A DNA stretch of 64,000 bases from Patescibacteria group bacterium (GCA_019745315.1 JAIETH010000001.1:193295-257294), one strand, 5' to 3'; positions 27,841-38,379 are shown, counted from the stretch's first letter. The notes: generated by a model from the letters alone, not told the origin. A program made the numbers and translations.

Positions 27841-28689
27841 TTATTTCAGGTGAGACTCAAGAAAAGCAAGAGTCTTATTCCACGCATCCATCGTTTCAGT
27901 CGGTGCATAGTTTGCTCCTGATGGATTTGCAAATGCATGTCCTACCCCTGGGTAGACATAGACTTCGTTTTGAATACCAAGCGTATTAAGAGATGCCTTA
28001 AAATCGTCCACCATCTTCATAGGTATCACGCGATCCTCTTCTCCAAACACTCCAAGCACCGGCCAACTGATCGCTTTCAATCTGTCTGTTGAAGTAGCCA
28101 TTCCTCCACCGTAGTACACAACGGTCGCATCAAGCTTCTCTCCTGAAAGAGCAAGTTCGAGTGACTGCTTGCCGCCGAAACACCATCTCAAAGACGCCAT
28201 CTTCTCTGCACCATTGTCTCTTAGGTATGCAGCTGCTTTGCGCATGTTTTCAGTACCAACTTCTTGCTTAAAGTTTGCGGTCAAGGCTTTTGCGCCATCC
28301 TGATCCTCGGCAACTCCGCCGAGCAGGTCAACCGCAAGAACCATGTATCCTTGACGAGCCAATGCATCAGCTGCTTCCTTTATCTCAGGACGAAGACCTC
28401 GATTCTCATGAACCATCACAATACCTGGATATTGTCCTTCTGATTCAGGACGAGCAAAGTATCCCTTTGCCCCCGGGAAATACTCGAGATCGGCAGTGAC
28501 CGTAATAGGAGTACCAGTATCAACTTTCATCATTTCAACATTCTTAGCCTCTTTTTCTGGAGTATTCATAGAAAAGAAATCAGTATTTGTATACGCAAAC
28601 CATCCGCCCACCAACAGCACACCTAAAGCTCCTACTATAATTATATTTTTCATAACCTGAGTATACCAAAACAATAAACACTTCTTCAA
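27841..28689 (-). CDS. dienelactone hydrolase family alpha/beta hydrolase, membrane-anchored
   Basis: DLH-type fold and a GVGHAF motif. Confidence 0.7.
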   Translation of the reverse strand: MKKCLLFWYTQVMKNIIIVGALGVLLVGGWFAYTNTDFFSMNTPEKEAKNVEMMKVDTGTPITVTADLEYFPGAKGYFARPESEGQYPGIVMVHENRGLRPEIKEAADALARQGYMVLAVDLLGGVAEDQDGAKALTANFKQEVGTENMRKAAAYLRDNGAEKMASLRWCFGGKQSLELALSGEKLDATVVYYGGGMATSTDRLKAISWPVLGVFGEEDRVIPMKMVDDFKASLNTLGIQNEVYVYPGVGHAFANPSGANYAPTETMDAWNKTLAFLESHLK

Positions 28690-28698
28690 TCTGCTTCT

Positions 28699-29643
28699 CT
28701 AGTCCATGAATCGTCTCAAAATTGAATCGTGAGGAATATATTGATCCACTTCATGTAGGCGCACAAACGGAACAGTGAAAACGAGTGTACCAGGATCACA
28801 GACACCACTCATTGCATATCCCCAGCTCGCACGAAACACAACAAGCCCACCCACTGGATCTAGGTCCGGATAAAAACTTCCAGGACTCATTCCTTCAAAA
28901 CACGGATTATCACCACGCATCTCATCTTGAGTCGCCCGTGCATTAATGAGTGTGTGTGCGTCAGGATAGAAATATGTAATCACTTTCTCGGTAGGAGACG
29001 GCAAAAACAATCCATCAGCACCCTGCTCATAGGTATCCGGAATAAAGTATTCATAATCATCAGACCAACTCGCACCATCTGGTGCAATGACATACGTTGT
29101 TAAAAATTCTCCACGGAATGAGTGAGCGGCTCCTTTGAAATAAATATCGGCAGCACCCTTCACCGTCACCACTCCCTTATCTATGTATAGAATTTTACTC
29201 TCGAGTCTATCAATACTGAGAAGTCCGAGCTCTTTCCCTGGCATCTTTGAATTAAATTCATCGAGACGCGCGTCAACGAGAGTTTCTTCATATCCCTCCA
29301 TCCAATCTCCGCCCTCCTCTCCTATGCGAACCTCATTAAAAATACCAAATGTTATAGATCCGTTTATCTCTTGTATTACCCTATCTGAAACACCATCCAT
29401 ACTCATAATAATGTCGAGAGTATTGTCTAGACCATCTATAGGGACTGGAATAGTTTTTATTTCTGCATTCACAATATGACAGCATCCAGGTCCGCTATAT
29501 GAAAAAATATCAATCATCGGCACAGGTTTTTCGACATACGGAAGAATTTTCTGAGTCACTACAGGAACCCAGAACTTCTGAGTACAGAGAAGCACTATTC
29601 CGACCAGTATGAGCACCAGAAGGGCTATACGCACATATTTCAT
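28699..29643 (-). CDS. hypothetical secreted/anchored protein
   Basis: 314 aa with an N-terminal TM helix. Confidence 0.45.
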   Translation of the reverse strand: MKYVRIALLVLILVGIVLLCTQKFWVPVVTQKILPYVEKPVPMIDIFSYSGPGCCHIVNAEIKTIPVPIDGLDNTLDIIMSMDGVSDRVIQEINGSITFGIFNEVRIGEEGGDWMEGYEETLVDARLDEFNSKMPGKELGLLSIDRLESKILYIDKGVVTVKGAADIYFKGAAHSFRGEFLTTYVIAPDGASWSDDYEYFIPDTYEQGADGLFLPSPTEKVITYFYPDAHTLINARATQDEMRGDNPCFEGMSPGSFYPDLDPVGGLVVFRASWGYAMSGVCDPGTLVFTVPFVRLHEVDQYIPHDSILRRFMD

Positions 29644-29697
29644 ACCATAGAGTATAGCAACAGAAGCGTAGTAAATGTACTCAAAAACTTATATACT

Positions 29698-30696
29698 ATG
29701 TGGATCATAGACATGAAAAAACAATCGTTTGTTTTTGCTGGTCTCATTACTGTAATTGCCTTTGCAATAGGTGCAACTGTCGGCTCTTCATATATCCTCA
29801 AAAAACACGAAGACCATCCCTTTACCAGCCCAGAAAAGTCACCTGATTACACGTTTATAAATCCTCTCTACGAACAAGTAGAAAATAAGCCACTCCTGAC
29901 ACGAGAAGTTGAAGAACTTAAGAGTGCCATTGAATCTGCAACCACAGAGGCAGTGAGCGAAAAAATCATTGATTATGGCTCGGTCTATTATCGCGACCTC
30001 AATAACGGTCCGTGGTTTAGTGTGGGCGATGAGCACTCCTTTAAACCAGCAAGTCTTTTTAAGGTACCTATCATGATTGGCTTCTTTAAGATAGCTGAAA
30101 CTAATCCTGAAATTTTAGAGAAAAAAGTCACCTATAGTACGCCGTATGAAAATGTTGCTCAACATCTAGTCGATAGCAGTACAACCACCATTGAAGTTGG
30201 TAAAACCTATACAATAAATGAGCTTATAGAATATATGATTATCTATTCTGACAATCTTGCTGCGTATTTACTCCTTGAAAACATTGACCCCTTAATTGTA
30301 GTGCAGGTCTTTGAAGATCTTGGTATACCTTCAAAGGAAGATACGGAAGCTCTTGAAGGTTTCGGACCACGCACATACGCAAGCTATCTCCGAATCCTCT
30401 ATAACAGCACATACCTAAATCCTGAATATTCAGAAAAAGCACTCGAGATTCTCTCTCGATCAACATTTAATCACGGTATGCGCTCTGTTTTAATACCTGG
30501 AGTTAAAGCGGGTCTTAAATATGGCATTGCAATAGAACCATCAGGTAAAAAGCAGCTCCATGAATGCGGGATCATATACTGGCAAGAATATCGTCCGCAT
30601 GTACTTTGTATCATGACAACAGGAAATGATTACGAACAAATGGCGACATACATAACAGATGTTACCCAACTTGTCCAAGCAGCGATTCTTAAATAA
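29698..30696 (+). CDS. class A beta-lactamase-like serine hydrolase
   Basis: SLFK (SxxK), YSDN (SDN) and KAG (KTG-like) motifs. N-terminal TM helix. Confidence 0.65.
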   Translation: MWIIDMKKQSFVFAGLITVIAFAIGATVGSSYILKKHEDHPFTSPEKSPDYTFINPLYEQVENKPLLTREVEELKSAIESATTEAVSEKIIDYGSVYYRDLNNGPWFSVGDEHSFKPASLFKVPIMIGFFKIAETNPEILEKKVTYSTPYENVAQHLVDSSTTTIEVGKTYTINELIEYMIIYSDNLAAYLLLENIDPLIVVQVFEDLGIPSKEDTEALEGFGPRTYASYLRILYNSTYLNPEYSEKALEILSRSTFNHGMRSVLIPGVKAGLKYGIAIEPSGKKQLHECGIIYWQEYRPHVLCIMTTGNDYEQMATYITDVTQLVQAAILK

Positions 30697-30698
30697 AA

Positions 30699-30717
30699 AA
30701 CAGCCCTTACGGCTGTT
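30699..30717. terminator. bidirectional terminator ACAGCC-CTTAC-GGCTGT between convergent genes
   Basis: Hairpin with A6 on one side and a T-rich tract on the other. The right arm overlaps the stop of the 52-aa gene. Confidence 0.55.
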
Positions 30718-30874
30718 AGTGATTAAGCTGGCGCATCTCCGCACCAAGCTCTGCGAAGCTCATTTCCTTAAGTCGACGGCTCAAGTCTCGAACCTCATGT
30801 GCGTCTCGACCACGATTATTCCTGTGATCAAGAATGCGCTCAATGAGAGCGTAACGATCTGATTGCTCATACAT
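30716..30874 (-). CDS. small protein (52 aa), not in ORF track
   Basis: AGGAGGA RBS 8 nt before the ATG at 30874. Translation MYEQSDRYALIERILDHRNNRGRDAHEVRDLSRRLKEMSFAELGAEMRQLNH. The terminator hairpin follows immediately. Confidence 0.45.
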   Translation of the reverse strand: MYEQSDRYALIERILDHRNNRGRDAHEVRDLSRRLKEMSFAELGAEMRQLNH

Positions 30875-30971
30875 ATAGAATTCCTCCTGTGCAAAATTCT
30901 ACACGAATCACCTGCCTACATCTATAGTCTATAAAAAGCTCCTGGATTCAGCCAGGAGCATACGCAACCAA

Positions 30972-31454
30972 TCACAATCGATGATATAGAAGAACTGCCT
31001 CGATATTCCCCCTGAGCACCCGACCACCCATCAAGGCGCTAAGAAAAAGAACTGCCTCCGTATCCTTTACTCCGAGCATGAAAGGAAGCAGGATGATATC
31101 GAGTACGATACCGAGCGCGAGAATCAGAGCAACAGCATACATCAGCTTCTTTTCTCGAGAACTCTGTATCACGTCAACCTGCTGATCATACCCCAACCTC
31201 AGGATCTGAAACCCCACATAGATCAGATGCGGTACACACCATGCCATCAAAGCCCAGATAATGAACATCGCCCAACCAATGACCGGGATTTCAATAAACC
31301 GGAGTGCCTCAGTGTGATTGATTACCACAAGAAGCAACCATCCTGCCTGGAAAAAGGCAGCGGCCATATAGAGGATACCCATACGGATCAGGCTCAGCCG
31401 CTTGAAACCCGCAGGGACGAGGAAGGAACGAATGCGTAAAATCGCTGGCAACAT
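30972..31454 (-). CDS. hypothetical membrane protein (GC-rich segment)
   Basis: 160 aa with 4 TM helices. AAGGGG RBS. Confidence 0.45.
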   Translation of the reverse strand: MLPAILRIRSFLVPAGFKRLSLIRMGILYMAAAFFQAGWLLLVVINHTEALRFIEIPVIGWAMFIIWALMAWCVPHLIYVGFQILRLGYDQQVDVIQSSREKKLMYAVALILALGIVLDIILLPFMLGVKDTEAVLFLSALMGGRVLRGNIEAVLLYHRL

Positions 31455-31520
31455 CAGAAAACCCCTTTTATGTCTCTGTTGATGGACTAGAACAATATAA
31501 TAAAATTATCTTTTGTCAAT

Positions 31521-31949
31521 TTAAAATGTATGAAATGATATGTAAACCATCATAGGGATCACCCACGTAAGCCAATCGAGTATTCCCTTTTGTCGTGATT
31601 GACCGTAGCGCTTTGGATGCGAATAAAATTCTTGGACAAAGAGAGCGATAATAGCTGCTCCCAGAAGAACATAGAGCGCCATCTCACTTCCAAGTAGTTT
31701 TTGTGAGATAAGCGCGGCACACACAATAAAAAACACGGATCCGAGAAAATGAAAAGCTGTGCGGTACACAATCAACTTATACCCAAAGTGATGAGGTCCA
31801 TACATCTCTACCGCACGATCAAGTGCCTGCATATATGACCTCCGTCCTCTGACGAGACGCCCCTCTATCTCACATGCAAATGGATACAGACGATCAGGAA
31901 CTGTTTCCATAAATTCATATATATTTTTAAAAAAACTCGCCATGATCAT
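31521..31949 (-). CDS. hypothetical membrane protein
   Basis: 142 aa with 3 TM helices. Confidence 0.45.
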   Translation of the reverse strand: MIMASFFKNIYEFMETVPDRLYPFACEIEGRLVRGRRSYMQALDRAVEMYGPHHFGYKLIVYRTAFHFLGSVFFIVCAALISQKLLGSEMALYVLLGAAIIALFVQEFYSHPKRYGQSRQKGILDWLTWVIPMMVYISFHTF

Positions 31950-32107
31950 TTTTTGATTACTAATATCTCTTATTGTGAGAGCTGACTTGTAGCATGTTTA
32001 CTATATCATCCTCCAAGGACTGTATTCATCGATCCTCGACAAATCTAAAAATAGTGCCACTATTACGACAGCACTGTCCTTATAGCTTTACTATTCCTTA
32101 TATTTTT

Positions 32108-33202
32108 ATGAAAACTTCTCTCTATCATCTTATTCCTCTCATAAGTCTATTTTTCTTGTCAATCGCTTTTCTGTATCCAACAACACTCAGCGCAGCAACA
32201 ACGCCTATAAAAATTGATGTTTTTCTTATTGCAGGACAAAGCAATATGATTGGCAATTCAGGCAGCAAGGACAGCGCGCCAACACTTCCTGCGAGCACCA
32301 CCTATCAATACAGAAACGGTAAGATTACAAGTGTTACCAACACACTTACTCCTGGAAAAGGAGCTGCATGGCCTCAGTTTGCGCAAAGCTATATAGGCAA
32401 TAGCACACGCAGAGTAGCTTTTATACAAGAAGCTGTAGGAGGTACTTCTCAGATTGCATCCATAGATAACGGTAATGGAAACTGGAGTACTTCTGGAAAA
32501 TTATTCAATGACTCCGTCCAAGAAACCACTGCAGCCCTTGCAGCATTCAAAAAAGCTGGTTTTGATCCAGCTCTAAAAGGTGTTTTATGGGGTCAAGGAG
32601 AAAATGATGCAGCAATGATTAATGGAAAGCGCATAACAGGCGACGAGTATAAAAAAGAACTCATTGAAATGATCGCCAATTATCGCACAGCATTAGGATC
32701 AACAACTCCATTCTATATATTTCAAACAGGAACAGCAGTAGATAGAAATGATAGTGGGTTTGCAGCTGTGCGCCGTGCGCAAGATGAGATCGCAGCAACA
32801 GATATATATACAGATATCGTGTTTCGAGATGCCATAACGTTTCCTAATCGAAAGATGATGGATAACTACATCCACTATAACCAGGCAGGCTACAACGAGA
32901 TGGGTGACCGAGGCGCTAAAAGTGTGATCTACCTACAAAACAACAAAAAAGCTCCCAAGGCGCCCTTAGCAAGTGTTGTGAGCGGTACATACACAGCAAC
33001 CACCACAGTATCCCTTTCATCAACACTAGGAAGCACTCTCTTATATTCGCTTGATGGACAAAACCCTACGTGTTCACGCGGGACTACCTATGAAAAACCA
33101 ATTGTCTTTTCAGCAAAGGGATCGCATACACTCAAGGCTGTTGCCTGTTCTGTAAAAAAAGATCTATCTCTGTTTTCTATATATCGCTATACAATTAAGT
33201 AA
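32108..33202 (+). CDS. sialate O-acetylesterase-like (SASA/DUF303) carbohydrate esterase with C-terminal Ig/CHB_HEX_C-like domain
   Basis: The GQSNMIG motif within IDVFLIAGQSNMIGNSG. Signal/TM from the Met at 32108; the longest ORF starts at 31994. Confidence 0.65.
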   Translation: MKTSLYHLIPLISLFFLSIAFLYPTTLSAATTPIKIDVFLIAGQSNMIGNSGSKDSAPTLPASTTYQYRNGKITSVTNTLTPGKGAAWPQFAQSYIGNSTRRVAFIQEAVGGTSQIASIDNGNGNWSTSGKLFNDSVQETTAALAAFKKAGFDPALKGVLWGQGENDAAMINGKRITGDEYKKELIEMIANYRTALGSTTPFYIFQTGTAVDRNDSGFAAVRRAQDEIAATDIYTDIVFRDAITFPNRKMMDNYIHYNQAGYNEMGDRGAKSVIYLQNNKKAPKAPLASVVSGTYTATTTVSLSSTLGSTLLYSLDGQNPTCSRGTTYEKPIVFSAKGSHTLKAVACSVKKDLSLFSIYRYTIK

Positions 33203-33266
33203 TCAAAAAGAAACTCTAGAGTGTTTCAGCTTTTTTCTTTGAAAGTTCTCCAAAGATTCCTCTAAC

Positions 33267-33782
33267 TCACATCATTTCTTCATTCTTAATCTTATTTATC
33301 AAAGGCTGCTCAGTAATTTTGACTGAATAGTGATCACCAAGCTTAGTGTCATAGGTCGTATGATGTGGTCGCTCTACTCGTACAAGTGGAACACCTCCCC
33401 TCTCCAGGCGCGTAATTAATTCTTTATACGATAACACTATAGGATATATCTCTATATGATCGAAGCTATTTGTTTGAGAGTTATCTGGTTTCTGATCAGA
33501 AAGCTCCAGGTACTGAAGAACTCCTGCCTCTGTCTCAATTCCCTTTTTAAATTTTATAATTGCTATCCGTCTCCCTGAGATAATAGATTGATATATAAAG
33601 TCGCTTTCAGTTTCAAATATTGCTCTGAGTACCTCAAAGACCTCCCCACTTTCACACCTATAACAGATGTGATCAGCGCGAACATCTTTTGCTAGATTAT
33701 TTTGTTCTATAAAACCATTAAAAGCTGAGACAAGATCATGTGCTTCTCTATAAAAGTCACTGATATTTTTTATATTTGGCAT
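33267..33782 (-). CDS. hypothetical protein (possible VOC/YecM-like fold)
   Basis: 171 aa. Only weak resemblance to any family. Confidence 0.35.
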   Translation of the reverse strand: MPNIKNISDFYREAHDLVSAFNGFIEQNNLAKDVRADHICYRCESGEVFEVLRAIFETESDFIYQSIISGRRIAIIKFKKGIETEAGVLQYLELSDQKPDNSQTNSFDHIEIYPIVLSYKELITRLERGGVPLVRVERPHHTTYDTKLGDHYSVKITEQPLINKIKNEEMM

Positions 33783-33820
33783 AGAAATATTCCTTAGTAC
33801 GATCTGCCCTTATTAAAAAG

Positions 33821-34342
33821 CTAGGACGAAAGATCAGCATAATTGAACAGCACTCCAAATTGTTTACACCACACCATCGCATACCGATACTCTTCTGTAT
33901 TTATATCTGAAGGAACTTCATAGTTTACATTGCCTTCAGTTGCTCGGAGTTCTCCTAGGCTTATATATTCTTTTGCATCGAGATCTTTCGCAAGATACAC
34001 ATACAAATCAGGTCCATTGAGTGTCTTAAAGTTTTCATACCGAACAACATCTCCTGAATCTGTCTTGATGATACGCACAGTACCACTCGCAGGATGACCT
34101 ATCGTGCCCACCACAGGTGCAGCATTTCTTGTGTTTGCCATTGCACCCTCTTCTTGTGCAATAGAGGTCGGCATATTTTCTGCACCACCTTCTGTTATCG
34201 CTACTTCAGAGGATTCAACTACCTTCTTTGATTCTGGCGCAACCTCATCAACTCGAACATGCCTAAACACCGGTGACATGGTGTAGTACAAAATACCAAG
34301 AACTACGATGCCAACTATTCCAATACTTATTTTTTTAATCAT
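33821..34342 (-). CDS. DM13 domain protein, membrane-anchored
   Basis: SGTVRIIKTDSGDVVRYENFKTLNGPDLYVYL...YAMVWCKQFGVLFNYA matches the DM13 consensus. Confidence 0.7.
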   Translation of the reverse strand: MIKKISIGIVGIVVLGILYYTMSPVFRHVRVDEVAPESKKVVESSEVAITEGGAENMPTSIAQEEGAMANTRNAAPVVGTIGHPASGTVRIIKTDSGDVVRYENFKTLNGPDLYVYLAKDLDAKEYISLGELRATEGNVNYEVPSDINTEEYRYAMVWCKQFGVLFNYADLSS

Positions 34343-34433
34343 GTTATGTGAAAGTCCGTCAATTTATTATGGCATTTTTGTTGGCATAGTTAAAACATGA
34401 AATGCGCCAGAATTTTGAGAAACTTTTAACTAT

Positions 34434-34730
34434 ATGTGGTGGTTATTATATATACGCATAACCAACGCTACTATGAAAAACAAAGACATTCCTCTGATTA
34501 TCGTAGGCACCCTCACCGTACTACTCATACCCCTCGCATTCAACTGGGATTGGACAGCAAGTGATTTTGTTATAGCAGGTGTACTCATTTTTGGTACCGC
34601 CCTCCTCCTTAATCAGATACGAAAAAAGATGAGTAGCTACCGGCTGCCTTTCGCAGTACTCGTTATTTTCCTTTTTGTATGGCTCTGGGCAGAACTCGCT
34701 GTCGGCATATTTACAAACTGGGGAAGCTAA
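34434..34730 (+). CDS. small membrane protein
   Basis: 98 aa with 3 TM helices. The probable start is the internal MKNKD. Confidence 0.4.
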   Translation: MWWLLYIRITNATMKNKDIPLIIVGTLTVLLIPLAFNWDWTASDFVIAGVLIFGTALLLNQIRKKMSSYRLPFAVLVIFLFVWLWAELAVGIFTNWGS

Positions 34731-34787
34731 ACACTACTGCGAGCGATTCTAGCAATGTATAAAAAAATCGCCTATTGGCGATACTCG

Positions 34788-35468
34788 TTACGCTTCAACA
34801 CTTCTTCTCTTCAGCGACCCTGGATCGATCAAGTCTTCCCATGGCGCGATATTGTAGCTCGCGCACACGTAGCCGCTTCCGCTTCGTTCAAACACAGTTA
34901 CGGATGCATTTTTCGGACGACCCCAGGAATGCCAGTCTTCAAGACTTGCACCTGTGAGAATGCGTCGCAGACAAAGTCCTGCTATGCCATGCCCAGAAAT
35001 GTACACGGTACTCAGAGAGGCACAAAAGGCCTGCGAAGAAAGAAATCTATTCAACCTCCGCTCCACACCAAGACATGACTCACCTCCCGGCGCTTCGTAG
35101 TGATAATAGCCGACTTCATTGAGGCGATCTTCTTCACCAGGATACATCTGAAGAACTTCTTCTCGAGGATGTCGGTGCCAAACCCCCATATCTCGCTCAT
35201 CAAGGAGAAAGCTCTTCAGAACACGAGAGAAACCAGCCGCAACAGGGATGGCCTTCGTCCGTGAATAGGTCGAGCACCATGCAACCTCGATATCTGGAAA
35301 CTCACGACGTAGATACTCGGCGGTTATATCCCGCTGAAGTACACCGAGATCTGTCAGAGCCGAGTCGCGATTTGCTATCCCGGCCTTGATAGCACTCTGC
35401 GCATCGACATTGTGGATGCACTGCGGATGCCTCGTGAACACAATGCGCCGTGGCATGTTGTGCGACAT
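34788..35468 (-). CDS. histidine phosphatase superfamily protein (GC-rich segment)
   Basis: TRHPQ (an RHG-like motif) near the N-terminus and a later SGHG. GGAAAGGG RBS. Confidence 0.45.
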   Translation of the reverse strand: MSHNMPRRIVFTRHPQCIHNVDAQSAIKAGIANRDSALTDLGVLQRDITAEYLRREFPDIEVAWCSTYSRTKAIPVAAGFSRVLKSFLLDERDMGVWHRHPREEVLQMYPGEEDRLNEVGYYHYEAPGGESCLGVERRLNRFLSSQAFCASLSTVYISGHGIAGLCLRRILTGASLEDWHSWGRPKNASVTVFERSGSGYVCASYNIAPWEDLIDPGSLKRRSVEA

Positions 35469-35575
35469 TTTTATGCCCTTTCCTGCTCCAGGAAGTAGGT
35501 TACAACAAGTTATTCAAAAGCACTAGCGACACGCTTTTGCATAGGAAAAACTACACAGGTCTTTCCTATGTGGTA

Positions 35576-38254
35576 TTAGTAGTCAAACGTCCCGGCGCCA
35601 TCGAGCTCAACCGCAGGAGTCTCACACCCCACAAGCATATTTAAGAATTTATTTGTTGTTTTGTATTTATACCCAGTACCATAGGAAAGATTCCATGGCT
35701 TGAGCATCGTCTCGCTAAATGTTTCTTGAAACTTCTTGAGCGAAACACCAAGAGAAGCATCAAATGTGGTATTGATTTCACCTTTAAAGAATCCGAGCTC
35801 GGTGAGGAGTACCTTAGTCTTCTCTACCTCTGCTGAAGATGTATTTTCAGTCACACTATTATGCTCAACAAATGCCGGACACTGTATGCTCGCACTGCAA
35901 TAGAACGAGTTTATTTTCATAAGCGTTGTGCGGTACACATACCCTGTTGGCTCTGCAAGTCCCCACACCCCAAGCACTTCGCTCGCATGCTTTTTCTGGA
36001 AACGCTTCACAGCTTCAGCATCCTCTTTTGAATACACGCCATCAACAGGAAGGTTCTCTCCCTGCTTTTCATTTAAAAATGTTTCAAGCTTTCGCACATC
36101 CTCTGCATCATTTTCTACATTGAGACCTATATATGAACGTATATGCGGAGCACACACACCTACAGATGTATTCTCTACTTTCTTTTCTTCGCCGTATACA
36201 CAAAGTTCCTGCTTATGGTGAGAAAAATATTTATAGTTTGAAGCATTTGGATCTTTGCACCCAAATGGCTTATGGATCGAGGACCCAGATGATTCCTCAG
36301 TTGATTCTTCTACATCACCAAAAAGTCCAAAGATTGAGAAGCTCGGTGTCGTACATGAAATAGTATTAGCTGTTGTGTCGAGATCACAATCGTTAAGCAT
36401 TACCCACTGACCATTCGTATAGTGGAAAAGCTTAAGCGAGCTCTCATCAAGCCCATCTATCTCACTATCGGTATACTCATATTCAATAGTTACTTCAGCA
36501 TCAAAAGAATCAAGAATTGTTGATCCGTTGATAATCGCTTTAACGTCAAACACGGTCGCACCGACTTCGTTTGAGATTGTTTGCGGACGACCAATTGATG
36601 CAAGGACAGCATCGCTCGCGATTGCCTGCACCTGAATAACAAGCGTTGACGATGTCGCGGTAACTGCAGGAGGAGTGGTGACGGTAAAGGTCTTGCTTTC
36701 TGTCTCAACAAGAGTTGTGCCTCCGGCACTTGCAGTAATAGTGGTTGATGTTGCAACTGACGGCGTCGTACTTCCTGCACATCCCCCAGTGGTAAAGGAG
36801 CTGGCTGTAGAGGTCGCACTATTCCCTACCTGATCTCGGGATACTGCGCGGTAATGGTAGGTTGTACACGAAAGCAGCGGAGAAAGTGTGGTTGTGTGAC
36901 TGGTCACGCGTGGCGATGTATTCGCTTCAGAGGTGGTTGCACCAAGAGCAGAGGTGAGACCATAGAGCACTCGAGTAGATGCTCCTTCGTTTGTAGTCCA
37001 GGTAACACTTGCAGACGTTGACGCAGACGAGTTTGCCGCGAGACTTGTGATGAGAGGCGCTGTTACATCAGCTGTGGTAAATGTCCAGGTAGTTTTTGAA
37101 GATATACCATTGAAATAATTATTGGATCCATCTTTAAATGCCGTACCAGGAATAATGACGTAATACTGAACTCCTTCAAGGAGTGTCACACTTGGATCTA
37201 TGACAATTGAATTACTCCCACCACCTGTAACCTGGGCACTCGCTACATCGATCGTATCAACCGTACTGTCATCAGAATATTTTTTAATGAGAATATTCCC
37301 TGTATCTTTTGTTACCGTTTTACTAAAACTAATCGCGAGATTTGCAGTTGTTGTAGCGTTTGTACTTCCGGTCGAAGGAAAGAGTGTGGTCACTGCAGGT
37401 ACGTCAGCCGTAACAATAGACACATTTCGAGAGACAACAGTAGGAAGTGCTCCATCAGCACCAAACTCGACAACATACCCTTGCTGCGCTGAACACGGAA
37501 AGTCATTCCACTCACCATTTTGTGATGAGTACATGTATCCGCAATCCTCACCACTTCCATAATCATTCGGCTCACCACTTGCCCATCCGTTATATCCACC
37601 CGAAATTGGTAATCCCGTTGTTTCGTTATAAAACGCAGTACCACTCTCCGGGCCAGCAGCCCACTTCCATGTCTTTTCTGTTTCAGAGTCTGTCGCACTC
37701 AACCATCCGTCTCCCGAGAGACGCTGGTAGATAAATGTATTCTCTTCATCAGACGTAACTGTTGCAAGGTATCCAGTCGCACCATATGCACTCTGAGCCT
37801 CAGCAGCACTTTTTGCTGCAGACCAGGTAAAGCTACCTGAGGTAAATTTATACAAGTGACCATTATCTGCAAAAAAGATTTCTGTAGGATTTACCAGCGC
37901 CACTTCAAGTGTATCGGTTCCTGTAGAACCACGAGTATACGTGAGCGTTGAAAGTGCTGAGTTAAGATTCGTAACCGTACCCGAGAGATTCAAGGTATCG
38001 CTATTATTTCCACTTATCGTCACTCCTGAAGTAGCAGAAACTCTCACCGTACCACTAGTCACATAAATCTTAACCGGAGTTGTTGAAGCTCCATTTCCCA
38101 CAATCTGGAATCCCGAAATAGAAGTAGCAACGTTTGGAGTGGTGGTCGCATTATTGCCACTAGTGAGCGTAAGCACATCAGCGTTCGCCACAACAGGAAA
38201 TACAAAAAAGACTGCTGCAACAAGCAGGAGCATTCCGTGAAAATACCGAATCAT
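35576..38254 (-). CDS. large surface protein: signal peptide, C-type lectin domain, Ig/Fn3-like repeats, two C-terminal peptidoglycan-binding-like domains
   Basis: GEPNDYGSGEDCGYMYSSQNGEWNDFPC is the canonical C-type lectin signature. The C-terminus has PG_binding_1-like repeats. Confidence 0.7.
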   Translation of the reverse strand: MIRYFHGMLLLVAAVFFVFPVVANADVLTLTSGNNATTTPNVATSISGFQIVGNGASTTPVKIYVTSGTVRVSATSGVTISGNNSDTLNLSGTVTNLNSALSTLTYTRGSTGTDTLEVALVNPTEIFFADNGHLYKFTSGSFTWSAAKSAAEAQSAYGATGYLATVTSDEENTFIYQRLSGDGWLSATDSETEKTWKWAAGPESGTAFYNETTGLPISGGYNGWASGEPNDYGSGEDCGYMYSSQNGEWNDFPCSAQQGYVVEFGADGALPTVVSRNVSIVTADVPAVTTLFPSTGSTNATTTANLAISFSKTVTKDTGNILIKKYSDDSTVDTIDVASAQVTGGGSNSIVIDPSVTLLEGVQYYVIIPGTAFKDGSNNYFNGISSKTTWTFTTADVTAPLITSLAANSSASTSASVTWTTNEGASTRVLYGLTSALGATTSEANTSPRVTSHTTTLSPLLSCTTYHYRAVSRDQVGNSATSTASSFTTGGCAGSTTPSVATSTTITASAGGTTLVETESKTFTVTTPPAVTATSSTLVIQVQAIASDAVLASIGRPQTISNEVGATVFDVKAIINGSTILDSFDAEVTIEYEYTDSEIDGLDESSLKLFHYTNGQWVMLNDCDLDTTANTISCTTPSFSIFGLFGDVEESTEESSGSSIHKPFGCKDPNASNYKYFSHHKQELCVYGEEKKVENTSVGVCAPHIRSYIGLNVENDAEDVRKLETFLNEKQGENLPVDGVYSKEDAEAVKRFQKKHASEVLGVWGLAEPTGYVYRTTLMKINSFYCSASIQCPAFVEHNSVTENTSSAEVEKTKVLLTELGFFKGEINTTFDASLGVSLKKFQETFSETMLKPWNLSYGTGYKYKTTNKFLNMLVGCETPAVELDGAGTFDY

Positions 38255-38379
38255 ATGACAGTAGTATAAACTAGATGGATCTACTCAGATTGCACCCTCT
38301 GGGGATGCTTAAAATACGATCACACAGAAAAAGCCGCCTAAACAAAGTAAGCTGAGTAGCTTTGTGTTTAGGCGGCGAG

